Source: Deltaproteobacteria bacterium
Lineage (GTDB): Bacteria; Myxococcota; UBA727; JABDBI01
Length of the DNA stretch: 34,109 nt
Direction of reading: 5' to 3'
NCBI GenBank assembly: GCA_016432245.1
Contig: CP066680.1
Span: forward strand, 1-34,109
The notes under the pieces were generated by a model. The model did no database searches. It was given only the letters and a program-made list of their open reading frames with translations, and was not told where the DNA came from. The translations under genes and the position numbers were made by a program. This document shows, in pieces, positions 17,452 through 26,508 of this stretch (its first letter is position 1; every line of letters begins with the position of its first letter).

Positions 17452-19026
17452 TTAATAGTGTAAATGTTGGTTTCTTTGCTTATTTTTAAAGTAATTGATA
17501 TTTTTTTCATAGTCAAATTCTGGCTTTTTGTATTCGTGATCTATATCATCGGTTTGTTTTACAATTTCAGGGTGCATTTCATGAAAATCTCCTTCTTCTT
17601 CATCGAAGTTGTCTTCATCTATGTTTACAAATTTAGTTATATTACTTAAAAATTTTAAGGAAGATATTCCAGTAGGCCCATTGCGATTTTTTGCAATAAT
17701 AATTTCTGTCATACCAATCTTTTCTTCAGGAGTATTTTCTTTAGTGTAATAGTCTTCTCTATATAGAAAGACTATTAAATCTGCGTCTTGCTCAATAGCA
17801 CCAGACTCCCTTAGATCGCTCATTAGAGGTCTTTTATCCAATCTTGATTCTACGCTACGATTTAATTGAGAAAGTGCTATTACTGGAATTTTTAATTCTC
17901 TGGCAATACTTTTTAATCCTTTAGAAATTTCTCCAACTTCGATAGTTTTATTCTCAATACCAGGGGGCCCATCCATTAATTGTAAATAATCTACAATAAT
18001 TAATTTTATATGATGATGAAGGGCTAGTCTTCTACATTTATTTCGTAGCTCAGCGATAGATAATGTAGGGCTGTCGTCAATAAATAAAGGAGCTCGACTT
18101 AAAAAGCTAGTTGACCCAATAAAATCAGAAAACTCTTCGGCATTAATCAATCCTGTTTTTAGTCGAGAAAGATCGACACGTGATTCTGCACTTAAGATTC
18201 TAAATACCAATTGATCGGCACTCATTTCTAGGGAAAACATTACAACAGGAATCTGATTATGCATGGCAATATGAGTAGCCATATTTAAGGTTAATGCAGT
18301 TTTTCCCATAGAAGGTCTTGCAGCGATAACTATAAATTCACCTGGTTGAAAACCACCAGTAGTTTTATCTATACTTTCAAATCCAGAAGCAAGCCCAAGA
18401 ATCTCTATTTCATTGTCATAAGATACTTCAATTTTATCTAATACAATATTAATTAATTCATTCATAGGAATCATTTCTTTTTGAGGAGAATCATCTCGAA
18501 TTTTTAAAATGGCTTGCTCAGCAGCATCTAATATATGTGGTATTTTTTCTTTTTGAGAATAAGCAGTTTGAGCAATCTTTGAGGCAGTAAGGATCAATTT
18601 TCTTAGAATAGATTTATCTTTTACAATTTTTATGTATGTTTTAATATGAGCCGAGCTTGGAAATAAAGATTCTAAATGTGCAATAAATGAAGGGCCTCCA
18701 ATTGTGTCTAGCTTTTGTAATTGAATTAATTCATCTACTATAGTTACGGTATTTATTGGCTTATTATTATAATAAGCGCTTGAAATAGCTGAAAAAATAA
18801 TTTGATGAGATGGGTGATAAAAATCGTCAGATTTTATTCCAAATTTACTTGCAATTTCAAATGCTTCTGTGTCGATAAGTAGAGAACATAAAATGCCACG
18901 CTCTGCGTCTAAGGATTGCGGAATAGATAATTCAATAGTATGTTTTTTATTTTCAAGATGTTTTAATTGAGATTTAATATTTTCTGTAAAAGATTCAAAA
19001 GGAAAAATTGTATGATGTGAGTTCAT
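17452..19026 (-). CDS. dnaB: Replicative DNA helicase DnaB with a ~55-aa acidic/aromatic C-terminal extension
   Basis: It has the Walker A motif ARPSMGKT and the DnaB blocks IPQSLDAERGILCSLL, VDYLQLM, LSQLNRSVE and ESGAIEQDAD. Length is 524 aa against about 471 aa in E. coli. Confidence 0.95.
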   Translation of the reverse strand: MNSHHTIFPFESFTENIKSQLKHLENKKHTIELSIPQSLDAERGILCSLLIDTEAFEIASKFGIKSDDFYHPSHQIIFSAISSAYYNNKPINTVTIVDELIQLQKLDTIGGPSFIAHLESLFPSSAHIKTYIKIVKDKSILRKLILTASKIAQTAYSQKEKIPHILDAAEQAILKIRDDSPQKEMIPMNELINIVLDKIEVSYDNEIEILGLASGFESIDKTTGGFQPGEFIVIAARPSMGKTALTLNMATHIAMHNQIPVVMFSLEMSADQLVFRILSAESRVDLSRLKTGLINAEEFSDFIGSTSFLSRAPLFIDDSPTLSIAELRNKCRRLALHHHIKLIIVDYLQLMDGPPGIENKTIEVGEISKGLKSIARELKIPVIALSQLNRSVESRLDKRPLMSDLRESGAIEQDADLIVFLYREDYYTKENTPEEKIGMTEIIIAKNRNGPTGISSLKFLSNITKFVNIDEDNFDEEEGDFHEMHPEIVKQTDDIDHEYKKPEFDYEKNINYFKNKQRNQHLHY

Positions 19027-19078
19027 GCTTTTATGATATCAGATTTGATAATTTTTGCAAAAAATAAAAATAACATGA

Positions 19079-20128
19079 TTAAGATATTGAAGAGCCTATT
19101 CTAAGGAATTTAATTTGAGGCAAATAAAAGAATTTAAATTTGAGAATTTCTTTAGATTTGTGAATATTAAATGAAATCCCGATAATCTTTCCTTTAATAT
19201 GATTGCAAGGTACAGCTCCCCAGGTACGACTATCTAAAGAATTTCCTCTGTTGTCTCCTAATACAAATACGTATCCTTCTTTTATAGTGCAATGATTTTC
19301 GGAGCAGATTAATCCATTAAGATGCGGTGTGGATTTATTTGGCCAATTCTGTTTAGACAAAGAAGAGTATATTTTATGGGGAAGTATGGAATGGATTTTT
19401 TCTTGGCTTTCTATAATAATCTTTTTTAAGAATAATTTCTCTTTAAAAGGGATATACCATTTATATTTAAATTTTGATTGATACAATGGCTTGTTATCTA
19501 TATAGATTATAGAATCTTTTATAGAGATATTCTGACCTGCAAGAGCGATTACTCTTTTGGTCCAGACTTGGTTTGCATATTTTGGCACATAGTTTGGAGC
19601 TTCAAAAATAATAATATCTCCTTGTTTAGGGTTGCACCATGTAATTGTGTATTGATTTCGAAAAATAGGGCTTTTTAGGCCATAACAAATTTTTGAAGTG
19701 AATACAAGATCGCCTATTTGTAAGGTAGGCAGCATAGATCCAGAATATATCCTGTAATGTTGAAATGTTGATAGAAGTAAAATAAAAAGAATAAAGAAAA
19801 ACAGTAAATGTTTTTTATATTTATTTCTAGAAAAATTTGGAATATATCTATTATAGATCTTATCAATATTTTCAGTATGATTTTGAAGGTATATATTTGA
19901 TGATAATTTCATTTTATTTAGCTCTTCACTGATCTGCAAGATATTATATGTATTTGATAAGTATTTCTTTTTTGAAAAGTTATAAATTCTCTTTTTTAGA
20001 ATGTGAAATTTTATTTGAAATAGGATCCAGATAAAGAATTGATTTTTAATAAGTTTATTTATCCCGAATAGAAGTGCAATTAGGGATAGTAAATAAGGAA
20101 GTAAAATCATTTTAAAATGTTTAATCAA
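19079..20128 (-). CDS. lepB: Signal peptidase I
   Basis: It has the catalytic Ser box SGSMLPTL, the Lys box KRVIALAG, and GDNRGNSLDSR. There are two N-terminal hydrophobic segments. It follows lepA, as in the classical lepA-lepB operon, and its start overlaps the lepA 3' end by 8 nt. Confidence 0.9.
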   Translation of the reverse strand: MIKHFKMILLPYLLSLIALLFGINKLIKNQFFIWILFQIKFHILKKRIYNFSKKKYLSNTYNILQISEELNKMKLSSNIYLQNHTENIDKIYNRYIPNFSRNKYKKHLLFFFILFILLLSTFQHYRIYSGSMLPTLQIGDLVFTSKICYGLKSPIFRNQYTITWCNPKQGDIIIFEAPNYVPKYANQVWTKRVIALAGQNISIKDSIIYIDNKPLYQSKFKYKWYIPFKEKLFLKKIIIESQEKIHSILPHKIYSSLSKQNWPNKSTPHLNGLICSENHCTIKEGYVFVLGDNRGNSLDSRTWGAVPCNHIKGKIIGISFNIHKSKEILKFKFFYLPQIKFLRIGSSIS

Positions 20129-21932
20129 TTTTTAGTATAGATAAAAAAGTTTCTTGAGGAATATTTATTGATCCAAATTGTTTCATTTTTTTTTTCCCTT
20201 GTTTTTGCTTTTCTAGGAGTTTTCTTTTTCTTGAAATATCTCCGCCATAACATTTCGCAGTTACATCTTTTCTTAGAGCTGAGAGAGTTTCACGAGAAAT
20301 AATTTTTGATCCAATTGCGGCTTGAATAGCTATTGGGTATTGATGTTTTGAAAGAGTTTCTTTTATTTTTTGGCATAACAATTTGCCACGATTATAAGAA
20401 GCGTTTCTATGGCATATAAAAGATAATGAATCTACAATCTTATTATTTAGTAATATATCTATTTTTACAAGATCAGATTTTTGAAAATCTTTAAAAGTAT
20501 AGTCTAAGGTTGCGTAACCTTTGCTTATAGATTTTAGCTTGTCAAAAAAATCAAATATAATTTCTGCCATAGGAAACTCATACGTTAAGATAGCATTTGC
20601 TTGATTCATATATTCAATTTCTATTTGTTTTCCACGTTTGGATTCAGCTAATAACATGATTGCACCTATAAATTGGGATGGTGAATATATATGAGATGTA
20701 ATATAAGGTTCTTCTAGTGAAGATATGTCATGTGCATTTGGTAGCTGAGAAGGATTATTTATTAATAAAGATTGACCAGCTTTCATTGTAACACGTAAAG
20801 TTGTTGATGGCGCACTTACAATGATGTCTAAATTGAACTCTCTTTGAAGTCTTTCCTTTATAATTTCCATATGAAATAGTCCTAAAAAACCGCATCTAAA
20901 ACCAAGTCCTAAAGCCTGACTTGATTCTTGAGAAAAAGATAAAGAAGCATCATTTAATGATAGTTTAAGAAGAGCTTTCTGTAAGTTTTCAAAATCTGAA
21001 GAGTTTATTGGAAAGATTCCAGCAAATACCATTGGCTTGGACTCTTTTAATTTTAAAATAGGGGAATGAGTTTGATATTCTGTTTGAGTAATAGTGTCTC
21101 CTACTTTCGCATCTGTTATTGTTTTGATGTTGGCAATAACAAATCCAACATCACCGCAAATTAAACTGGGTATAAATGTAGGATTTGGATTAAATATGCC
21201 AACCTCTTGGACTAGAAATTCTTTTAACGAACTCATAAATAATATTTTCTTTCCAGGTTCAATGCGTCCATTAAATACTTTAATTAATATAATAACCCCT
21301 CTATAGTTATCAAACCAGCTGTCAATTATTAGTGCTTGTAATGGCAGTAGTGGATCTCCCTGTGGTGGTGGAATTCGATGAATAATAGATTCAAGTATAT
21401 TTACAATTCCAAATCCAGTTTTACCAGAAGCCGCAATACACAGACTAGCATTAATTCCAAGTATCTTTTCTATTTCTTGAGATGTTTTAATAAAATCTGT
21501 CGTTTCTAAATCTATTTTATTTATGACGGGAACAATTTCTAAGTTATTTTCTAATGCCAAATAAGCGTTTGTTAATGTTTGAGCTTGAATTCCTTGTGAC
21601 CCGTCAATAATCAGTAAAGCTCCCTCGCAAGCAGATAGCGAACGAGAAACTTCATGGTTAAAATCTATGTGACCAGGGGTGTCTATTAGAGAGATAGAAT
21701 AATTTTGATTATTTCTAGCTCTATAATAAATAGAAACAGTTTGAGATTTTATGGTTACGCCTCTTTCTCTTTCTATTTCCATTTTGTCTAAAAACTGATC
21801 GCGCATTTCCCTTGGGTTTAGAATACCTGTATATTCTAAAATTCGATCTGCTAAAGTGCTTTTCCCATGGTCGATATGGGCGATTATTGAAAAATTTCGA
21901 ATATTAGCCTGATTTTTTGGAAGTGTAGACAT
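20121..21932 (-). CDS. lepA: Elongation factor 4 (LepA)
   Basis: It has the GTPase motifs AHIDHGKST, DTPGH and NKID, and the LepA-specific C-terminal region (...YGGDISRKRKLLEKQKQGKKKMK). Length is 603 aa. Confidence 0.95.
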   Translation of the reverse strand: MSTLPKNQANIRNFSIIAHIDHGKSTLADRILEYTGILNPREMRDQFLDKMEIERERGVTIKSQTVSIYYRARNNQNYSISLIDTPGHIDFNHEVSRSLSACEGALLIIDGSQGIQAQTLTNAYLALENNLEIVPVINKIDLETTDFIKTSQEIEKILGINASLCIAASGKTGFGIVNILESIIHRIPPPQGDPLLPLQALIIDSWFDNYRGVIILIKVFNGRIEPGKKILFMSSLKEFLVQEVGIFNPNPTFIPSLICGDVGFVIANIKTITDAKVGDTITQTEYQTHSPILKLKESKPMVFAGIFPINSSDFENLQKALLKLSLNDASLSFSQESSQALGLGFRCGFLGLFHMEIIKERLQREFNLDIIVSAPSTTLRVTMKAGQSLLINNPSQLPNAHDISSLEEPYITSHIYSPSQFIGAIMLLAESKRGKQIEIEYMNQANAILTYEFPMAEIIFDFFDKLKSISKGYATLDYTFKDFQKSDLVKIDILLNNKIVDSLSFICHRNASYNRGKLLCQKIKETLSKHQYPIAIQAAIGSKIISRETLSALRKDVTAKCYGGDISRKRKLLEKQKQGKKKMKQFGSINIPQETFLSILKID

Positions 21933-21940
21933 GGATAATT

Positions 21941-22495
21941 TTAGTGAGGAGTTATGGAATATAAATCTTTAATTTCATTTAATGAAAGTGTTTTGTATTC
22001 ACCAGGCTTTAATCCTGCAATAGATAGATTTCCAAAATGAGTACGAATGATTCTTAAGGTAGGATGATTGATTTTCCAGAATATTCTTTTGATTTGTCTA
22101 TTTTTTCCTTGTGTAAGGATAATTCGTATCCAAGTATTTGAAGAGGTAGTGGAAATGGGTTCTATATAGCAACTTCTTGAGCATCCCTCTTCTAAATATA
22201 TTCCTTTGTGAATTTTAAGCAGATTTGAACGGGATGGAATATTTTTTATTTTAATTTCGTAGATTTTTGGAATAAAAGAAGAGGGGTCAGTTAATTTGCC
22301 AGCAAGCAACTTGTCATTTGTTACAAGTAAGGCGCCTTCTGTGTCATAATCTAAGCGCCCAACGGTAGTTAGAGTATTGTCTTTTATTTGAAGAATATTG
22401 AAAAGTGATTTATTTAAAGGTAATTGCTTTGTGGTTGATATAAAGTTTTTTGGCTTATATACTAAGATATAGCTATATTGGTTATTGTTTAGCAT
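21941..22495 (-). CDS. RsuA/RluB/RluE-family pseudouridine synthase lacking an S4 domain (RluE-like)
   Basis: It has the catalytic motif VGRLDYDTEGALLVTND and the GKNRQIKR block. Length is 184 aa. Confidence 0.8.
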   Translation of the reverse strand: MLNNNQYSYILVYKPKNFISTTKQLPLNKSLFNILQIKDNTLTTVGRLDYDTEGALLVTNDKLLAGKLTDPSSFIPKIYEIKIKNIPSRSNLLKIHKGIYLEEGCSRSCYIEPISTTSSNTWIRIILTQGKNRQIKRIFWKINHPTLRIIRTHFGNLSIAGLKPGEYKTLSLNEIKDLYSITPH

Positions 22496-23202
22496 AGGGG
22501 TATTTCATTTTTTTTAGATATTTCGAATAAAAAAATCAATAGAGCGTCAGAGGCATTTAAGGATTCTTTGTTAAGAGTTGGAATAGATACAATAAAATCG
22601 CACTTGTTTTTTATTTTATTGGGAATTCCAGAAACTTCATTTCCAATGATAAGGGCGATCTTATTTGGAAATTGGAAATTATTAATAGAATAACTATTCC
22701 TGTTGGTGCAACTTCCAATAATCCAAAATCCATTTTTTTTTAGTTGAGTGATTGTTTTGTATATATTTGATATTTGAACAACCGGAATCCTTGAGGCATA
22801 ACCAGTGGCAACTTTCTCAGCCATGGGAGAAATTGGAGTTGTTTTGTTTTTTGTTATCATAATAAGATTTGCATTGAGTAAAAAGGAAGATCTAAAAGCT
22901 CTACCTAGATTTCCTGGGTTTTCAATTTCGTTTATTATTATACAGAGATAGATTTTATTAAGGTCAATTGATTTGAGTTTTTGGTATGGAAATTGTTTCG
23001 AGATCAGGCAAAGTCCTTGATTGGAGGTTGCCTTTCCAAATACTTGTTTGAAAGTGTTTTTTTCCCAAATTTCATATGGAATATGTAGTTGTTTTCTATT
23101 TAAAAATTTTGGGTATTCGGAAAATATTAAGCGAACAATCCTTTGAGGTTGATAATCAATAATTGATTGAATAGTTCGAATGCCGAATATGAAAGCATAC
23201 AT
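22489..23202 (-). CDS. rlmB: SpoU/TrmH-family 2'-O-ribose RNA methyltransferase (RlmB-like)
   Basis: It has the SpoU motifs NPGNLGRAFRS, IIGNEVSGI and IP...ESLNASDA, and an N-terminal substrate-binding-like segment. Length is 237 aa. The exact substrate assignment is an inference. Confidence 0.7.
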   Translation of the reverse strand: MYAFIFGIRTIQSIIDYQPQRIVRLIFSEYPKFLNRKQLHIPYEIWEKNTFKQVFGKATSNQGLCLISKQFPYQKLKSIDLNKIYLCIIINEIENPGNLGRAFRSSFLLNANLIMITKNKTTPISPMAEKVATGYASRIPVVQISNIYKTITQLKKNGFWIIGSCTNRNSYSINNFQFPNKIALIIGNEVSGIPNKIKNKCDFIVSIPTLNKESLNASDALLIFLFEISKKNEIPLC

Positions 23203-23257
23203 GATATTAATATATACTATAAATAAAGTATTTAAAACAAAAGCTTCGATTTATTTT

Positions 23258-25372
23258 CTATTTTACAAGTGGCATGAGGGAATTGAAGAGAAATGGATTT
23301 GAGATTTGTGTTTGCATTAGGAATCGCGTTAGAGAGTTTCCGTAACTGTTATCTTGTTTGTCTATTACGAAGTATAAATAATTTTTTGCTCTGGTAATTC
23401 CGACATATAGAAGACGAGCTGATTCTGCTTCTGTTGTTTTTTTTATTTCATGCACAGTTTTGTCTAAAATAGTTTGAGTTTTAAATCCTTTGTCTTTTTT
23501 TAAAGTTTGTGATGATATATATAGTTGAGGTAAGGAATCTGAGACTGGATTGTATAGGATAGTATCTTGTTTAAGTGTATAATAAAAATTTAAATCGATT
23601 AGAACAACTACAGGAAATTCAAGACCTTTTGATTGATGTAATGTCATTAGATTTATCGCAGGAGAGGAAGGCTCGACTTCATTTTTTTTATTGTTATTTT
23701 TATGTGAGAATCTTATTGAATCTAGGAAATTATTAATTTCATTTTTATAATTCTCAACGAAGTCTGTTGTTGATTCTTTTAGTTTGCTTATATTAAATAG
23801 CTTTTGAGGGAGATCAGGATGCAGTGAAAGATTTGTTAGATATTGTCCTTCAATAAGGATACGATCAATAATTTGCGATAAAGGCTTTATTCCAAGCATC
23901 GTTTTTAGGGAGAGTATAAATGATGTTGAGAGCCAAGTAGGGGTATGATTTGCATATACAGAAAATGAGCAAATACATTTTTTTATTTTAATAAATGTCG
24001 ATTTATGTAGAGTAAGAATGTATAAAATAGATATTATGTCTATAATTTCTCTTTGATCATATATATTGTAGCTATGAGATAAATTTGTAGGAATTTTCGC
24101 ATTTCTTAATGTTTCTTGAATCTTGTAAAAAACATTGCTTCTTCTGGAAAGGATAGTTATGTCGGAAAGATGAAATTTATTTGTTTGTATCCAAAAGATT
24201 ATCTTTTGAATGAAATTTTTGCCAAGAATTCCACCAGCAATTTTATTTTTTTTTTCTGAGGTTAATAAGTCGGCTGGTTTTAGTCTTGCAATAGTGGAGG
24301 CTGATACGAAATTTGAGAAATATATAATACTAGAAGATGATCTTCTTGAAGATACTAAATATGTATTTCTTGTATTGAAATATGAACTTTCTAGTGTTGC
24401 GCCTCTAAATGAGTAAATGCTTTGTTTTTGGTCTCCAATAAGGAAGGTCTTAGTATTTTTTTTAGAGAGTAGGTATATTAATTTATTTTGATTTGGAGAT
24501 ATATCTTGGCATTCATCTATTAAAATGCAGTTAAATTGAGGTAGTTTAGTGTGAGTTTGAAGTGTTAATATTCCTTCTTTTACTAGGTTGGTTAGGCTAT
24601 AATGATTTGGAATTTTGGTTTTGGTAATTCTTTTTAAAATTTGAATAATCATGTTGGATATGAATACCGAATTTAGATATTGAATTGTGGATAAAAGTTT
24701 AGCAAGAATAGATTTTAATTGGATTTTTTCTAGTTGTTTTGTTTGATTGAGTGAGAATAAAATTGTGGTTTTATCTAGTATATATTTAGCCGTTAATTTG
24801 TTTTTATTTTGCATAAAGATATTTGCAAGCAGATACAGGGTAGGATGAGTGTTTTCTATGTTGATAATTGAGGATAGTAGAAAGTACATTTTAATATCAA
24901 CATCTAGATGCCATTTCATTCTGGTAGGCGTATTTCTGTTAATTAAGGGTGAAATGTCATTTTCTTGAATCTTACAGATTGAAGTAAAGATTCCTTTGAT
25001 AAATGATTTTTTATTTATTTGATATGAATAAGATACATTTTCTTTCAGTGTGTTATGAATTTCTTGTAAGATTTCTTTGAAGTTTTCATCAGGTGATATT
25101 ATTTGAATAGGGGCATGCTTGTATGAAAGGCTTTGAATACAAAATGAGTGAAAGGTTTGTATTGGTAAGTCTAATAGATTATTGATTGGTAAATTGTTTT
25201 TTATAATACTGTTGATTATTCTTTCTTTTATTTCGTTCGTTGCTTTCTGAGAAAATGTGATGGCGAGTGGTCTCTTGTTTTCTAAGATAGATTTTAAAAA
25301 ATATAAGGTTAAAAGGTGTGTTTTTCCAGTTCCTGCTCCTGCAAGAATTAGTGTAAAAGTTGAATCTGACAT
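23258..25372 (-). CDS. Superfamily 1 UvrD/Rep/RecB-family DNA helicase with RecB/AddA-like motifs and no nuclease domain
   Basis: It has AGAGTGKT (motif I), TFHSFC, ILIDECQD (motif II), IGDQKQSIYSFRGA (motif III in the RecB/AddA style), LHQSKGLEFPVV and YVGITRAK (motif VI). It is 704 aa, shorter than RecB, which I recall as about 1180 aa. Confidence 0.8.
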   Translation of the reverse strand: MSDSTFTLILAGAGTGKTHLLTLYFLKSILENKRPLAITFSQKATNEIKERIINSIIKNNLPINNLLDLPIQTFHSFCIQSLSYKHAPIQIISPDENFKEILQEIHNTLKENVSYSYQINKKSFIKGIFTSICKIQENDISPLINRNTPTRMKWHLDVDIKMYFLLSSIINIENTHPTLYLLANIFMQNKNKLTAKYILDKTTILFSLNQTKQLEKIQLKSILAKLLSTIQYLNSVFISNMIIQILKRITKTKIPNHYSLTNLVKEGILTLQTHTKLPQFNCILIDECQDISPNQNKLIYLLSKKNTKTFLIGDQKQSIYSFRGATLESSYFNTRNTYLVSSRRSSSSIIYFSNFVSASTIARLKPADLLTSEKKNKIAGGILGKNFIQKIIFWIQTNKFHLSDITILSRRSNVFYKIQETLRNAKIPTNLSHSYNIYDQREIIDIISILYILTLHKSTFIKIKKCICSFSVYANHTPTWLSTSFILSLKTMLGIKPLSQIIDRILIEGQYLTNLSLHPDLPQKLFNISKLKESTTDFVENYKNEINNFLDSIRFSHKNNNKKNEVEPSSPAINLMTLHQSKGLEFPVVVLIDLNFYYTLKQDTILYNPVSDSLPQLYISSQTLKKDKGFKTQTILDKTVHEIKKTTEAESARLLYVGITRAKNYLYFVIDKQDNSYGNSLTRFLMQTQISNPFLFNSLMPLVK

Positions 25373-25419
25373 AGGTTTTTTATTGACTTCTTTGCAAATA
25401 GTATAAAATATTCTTTGAT

Positions 25420-25863
25420 ATGGGTGTCAAATTGTTTGTTGATGGAGCTTGCTTAAATAATCCAGGTCCTGGAGGATGGGCTGCTATGATTGTTACTTCG
25501 TATTCTAGCACAATTTTTTCCGGGGGAGAAGTAGAAAGTACGAACAATAAAATGGAATTAGTGTCAATAATTAGAGGAATAGAGTTTATTCGTGCGAATT
25601 TTATGATAAAAAGCGAAATTAAGATTTTTTCGGATAGTAGCTATGTTGTGCATGGGGCTTCTAGATGGTTGGCTATCTGGAAAAAGGCACAATGGAAAAG
25701 GTCTGGAAAATTAATTCCTAACTTTTATTATTGGAAAGAGATAGCAGAGTTAATTAGGGAAATAGATATAAGATGGGTTTGGATCAGAGGTCATTGTGGT
25801 ATAATGGAAAATGATATTGTTGATAAAGTGGCGAAATTAGAAGCTTTAAGGTTTTTAAATTGA
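25420..25863 (+). CDS. rnhA: Ribonuclease HI
   Basis: It has DGACLNNPGPGGWAA, TNNKMEL, SDSSYV and RGHCG..END..D, which are the RNase H catalytic residue blocks. Length is 147 aa. Confidence 0.92.
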   Translation: MGVKLFVDGACLNNPGPGGWAAMIVTSYSSTIFSGGEVESTNNKMELVSIIRGIEFIRANFMIKSEIKIFSDSSYVVHGASRWLAIWKKAQWKRSGKLIPNFYYWKEIAELIREIDIRWVWIRGHCGIMENDIVDKVAKLEALRFLN

Positions 25864-25907
25864 GGCTTGCAATTGTAGAAATACTTTATTATATAAAGAT
25901 AAAGCCT

Positions 25908-25921
25908 TTGATGGAGATCAG
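25908..25921. promoter_or_regulatory. FNR/CRP-family-like palindrome TTGAT-GGAG-ATCAG upstream of the cytochrome c / nos cluster
   Basis: It matches the FNR/DNR consensus TTGAT-N4-ATCAA at 9 of 10 positions. Its centre (about 25914.5) lies about 41.5 nt upstream of the start predicted from a GAAAAT -10-like hexamer (25945-25950). This is the spacing of class II FNR promoters. The site is about 80 nt upstream of the cytochrome c ATG. Confidence 0.3.
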
Positions 25922-25995
25922 TGTGGTTTTTAAGAGTTATTCCTGAAAATGGTTTATTTTAAAATGATTAGGAATCAGGGCTGGAGGTATAGTTT

Positions 25996-26508
25996 ATGAA
26001 AAAATATTTAATGGTATTTATTTGTACAACTTCATTATTTATGAGCTCTTGTATGTTTTTTAAAAAGAATACGCATTCTGGTAGTGGAGTGAATACACAA
26101 ACAGCTGTTAAATCTTTGAAAAACAAAGAAGTAGTTCGCGAAAATATGGTTACAAGTAAGATAGTTATTCCTGGTATTGGAATAGGTCCAATAAAAGATA
26201 AAATTGAAGTGTCTCTTCAAATAGATGAGTCTAAAGCGCAGCAAGGAATGACTTTATTTGGTCAAAAATGTAGTGCATGTCATAAGATTGAAGAGAAATA
26301 TGTGGGACCAGCATTAAAGGGTGTTACTAAGAGACGGCAGCCTGAGTGGATTTTAAATATGATAATGAATCCAGTTGAGATGACTCAAAAAGACGAAGTG
26401 GCAAAAGAGTTGTTAGCTGAACACTTGACTCAAATGACATATCAGAATGTTGATATAAAAGAAGCGTACGCTATTTTAGAGTACTTTAGGTTAGAGGATT
26501 CTAGATAG
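25996..26508 (+). CDS. Monoheme c-type cytochrome, probable lipoprotein and candidate electron donor to NosZ
   Basis: It has a single CSACH heme-binding motif with a downstream NPVEM (candidate Met ligand). The N-terminal signal has a lipobox-like LFMSSC. A GGAGG Shine-Dalgarno lies 8 nt upstream. The gene sits directly upstream of nosZ. Confidence 0.85.
   Translation: MKKYLMVFICTTSLFMSSCMFFKKNTHSGSGVNTQTAVKSLKNKEVVRENMVTSKIVIPGIGIGPIKDKIEVSLQIDESKAQQGMTLFGQKCSACHKIEEKYVGPALKGVTKRRQPEWILNMIMNPVEMTQKDEVAKELLAEHLTQMTYQNVDIKEAYAILEYFRLEDSR

Noticed and set aside
25383-25409. rnhA promoter TTGACT-15 nt-TAAAAT
   Set aside because: The spacer is only 15 nt and the motif is easily produced by chance in A/T-rich DNA. 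It is too weak to report as a feature.
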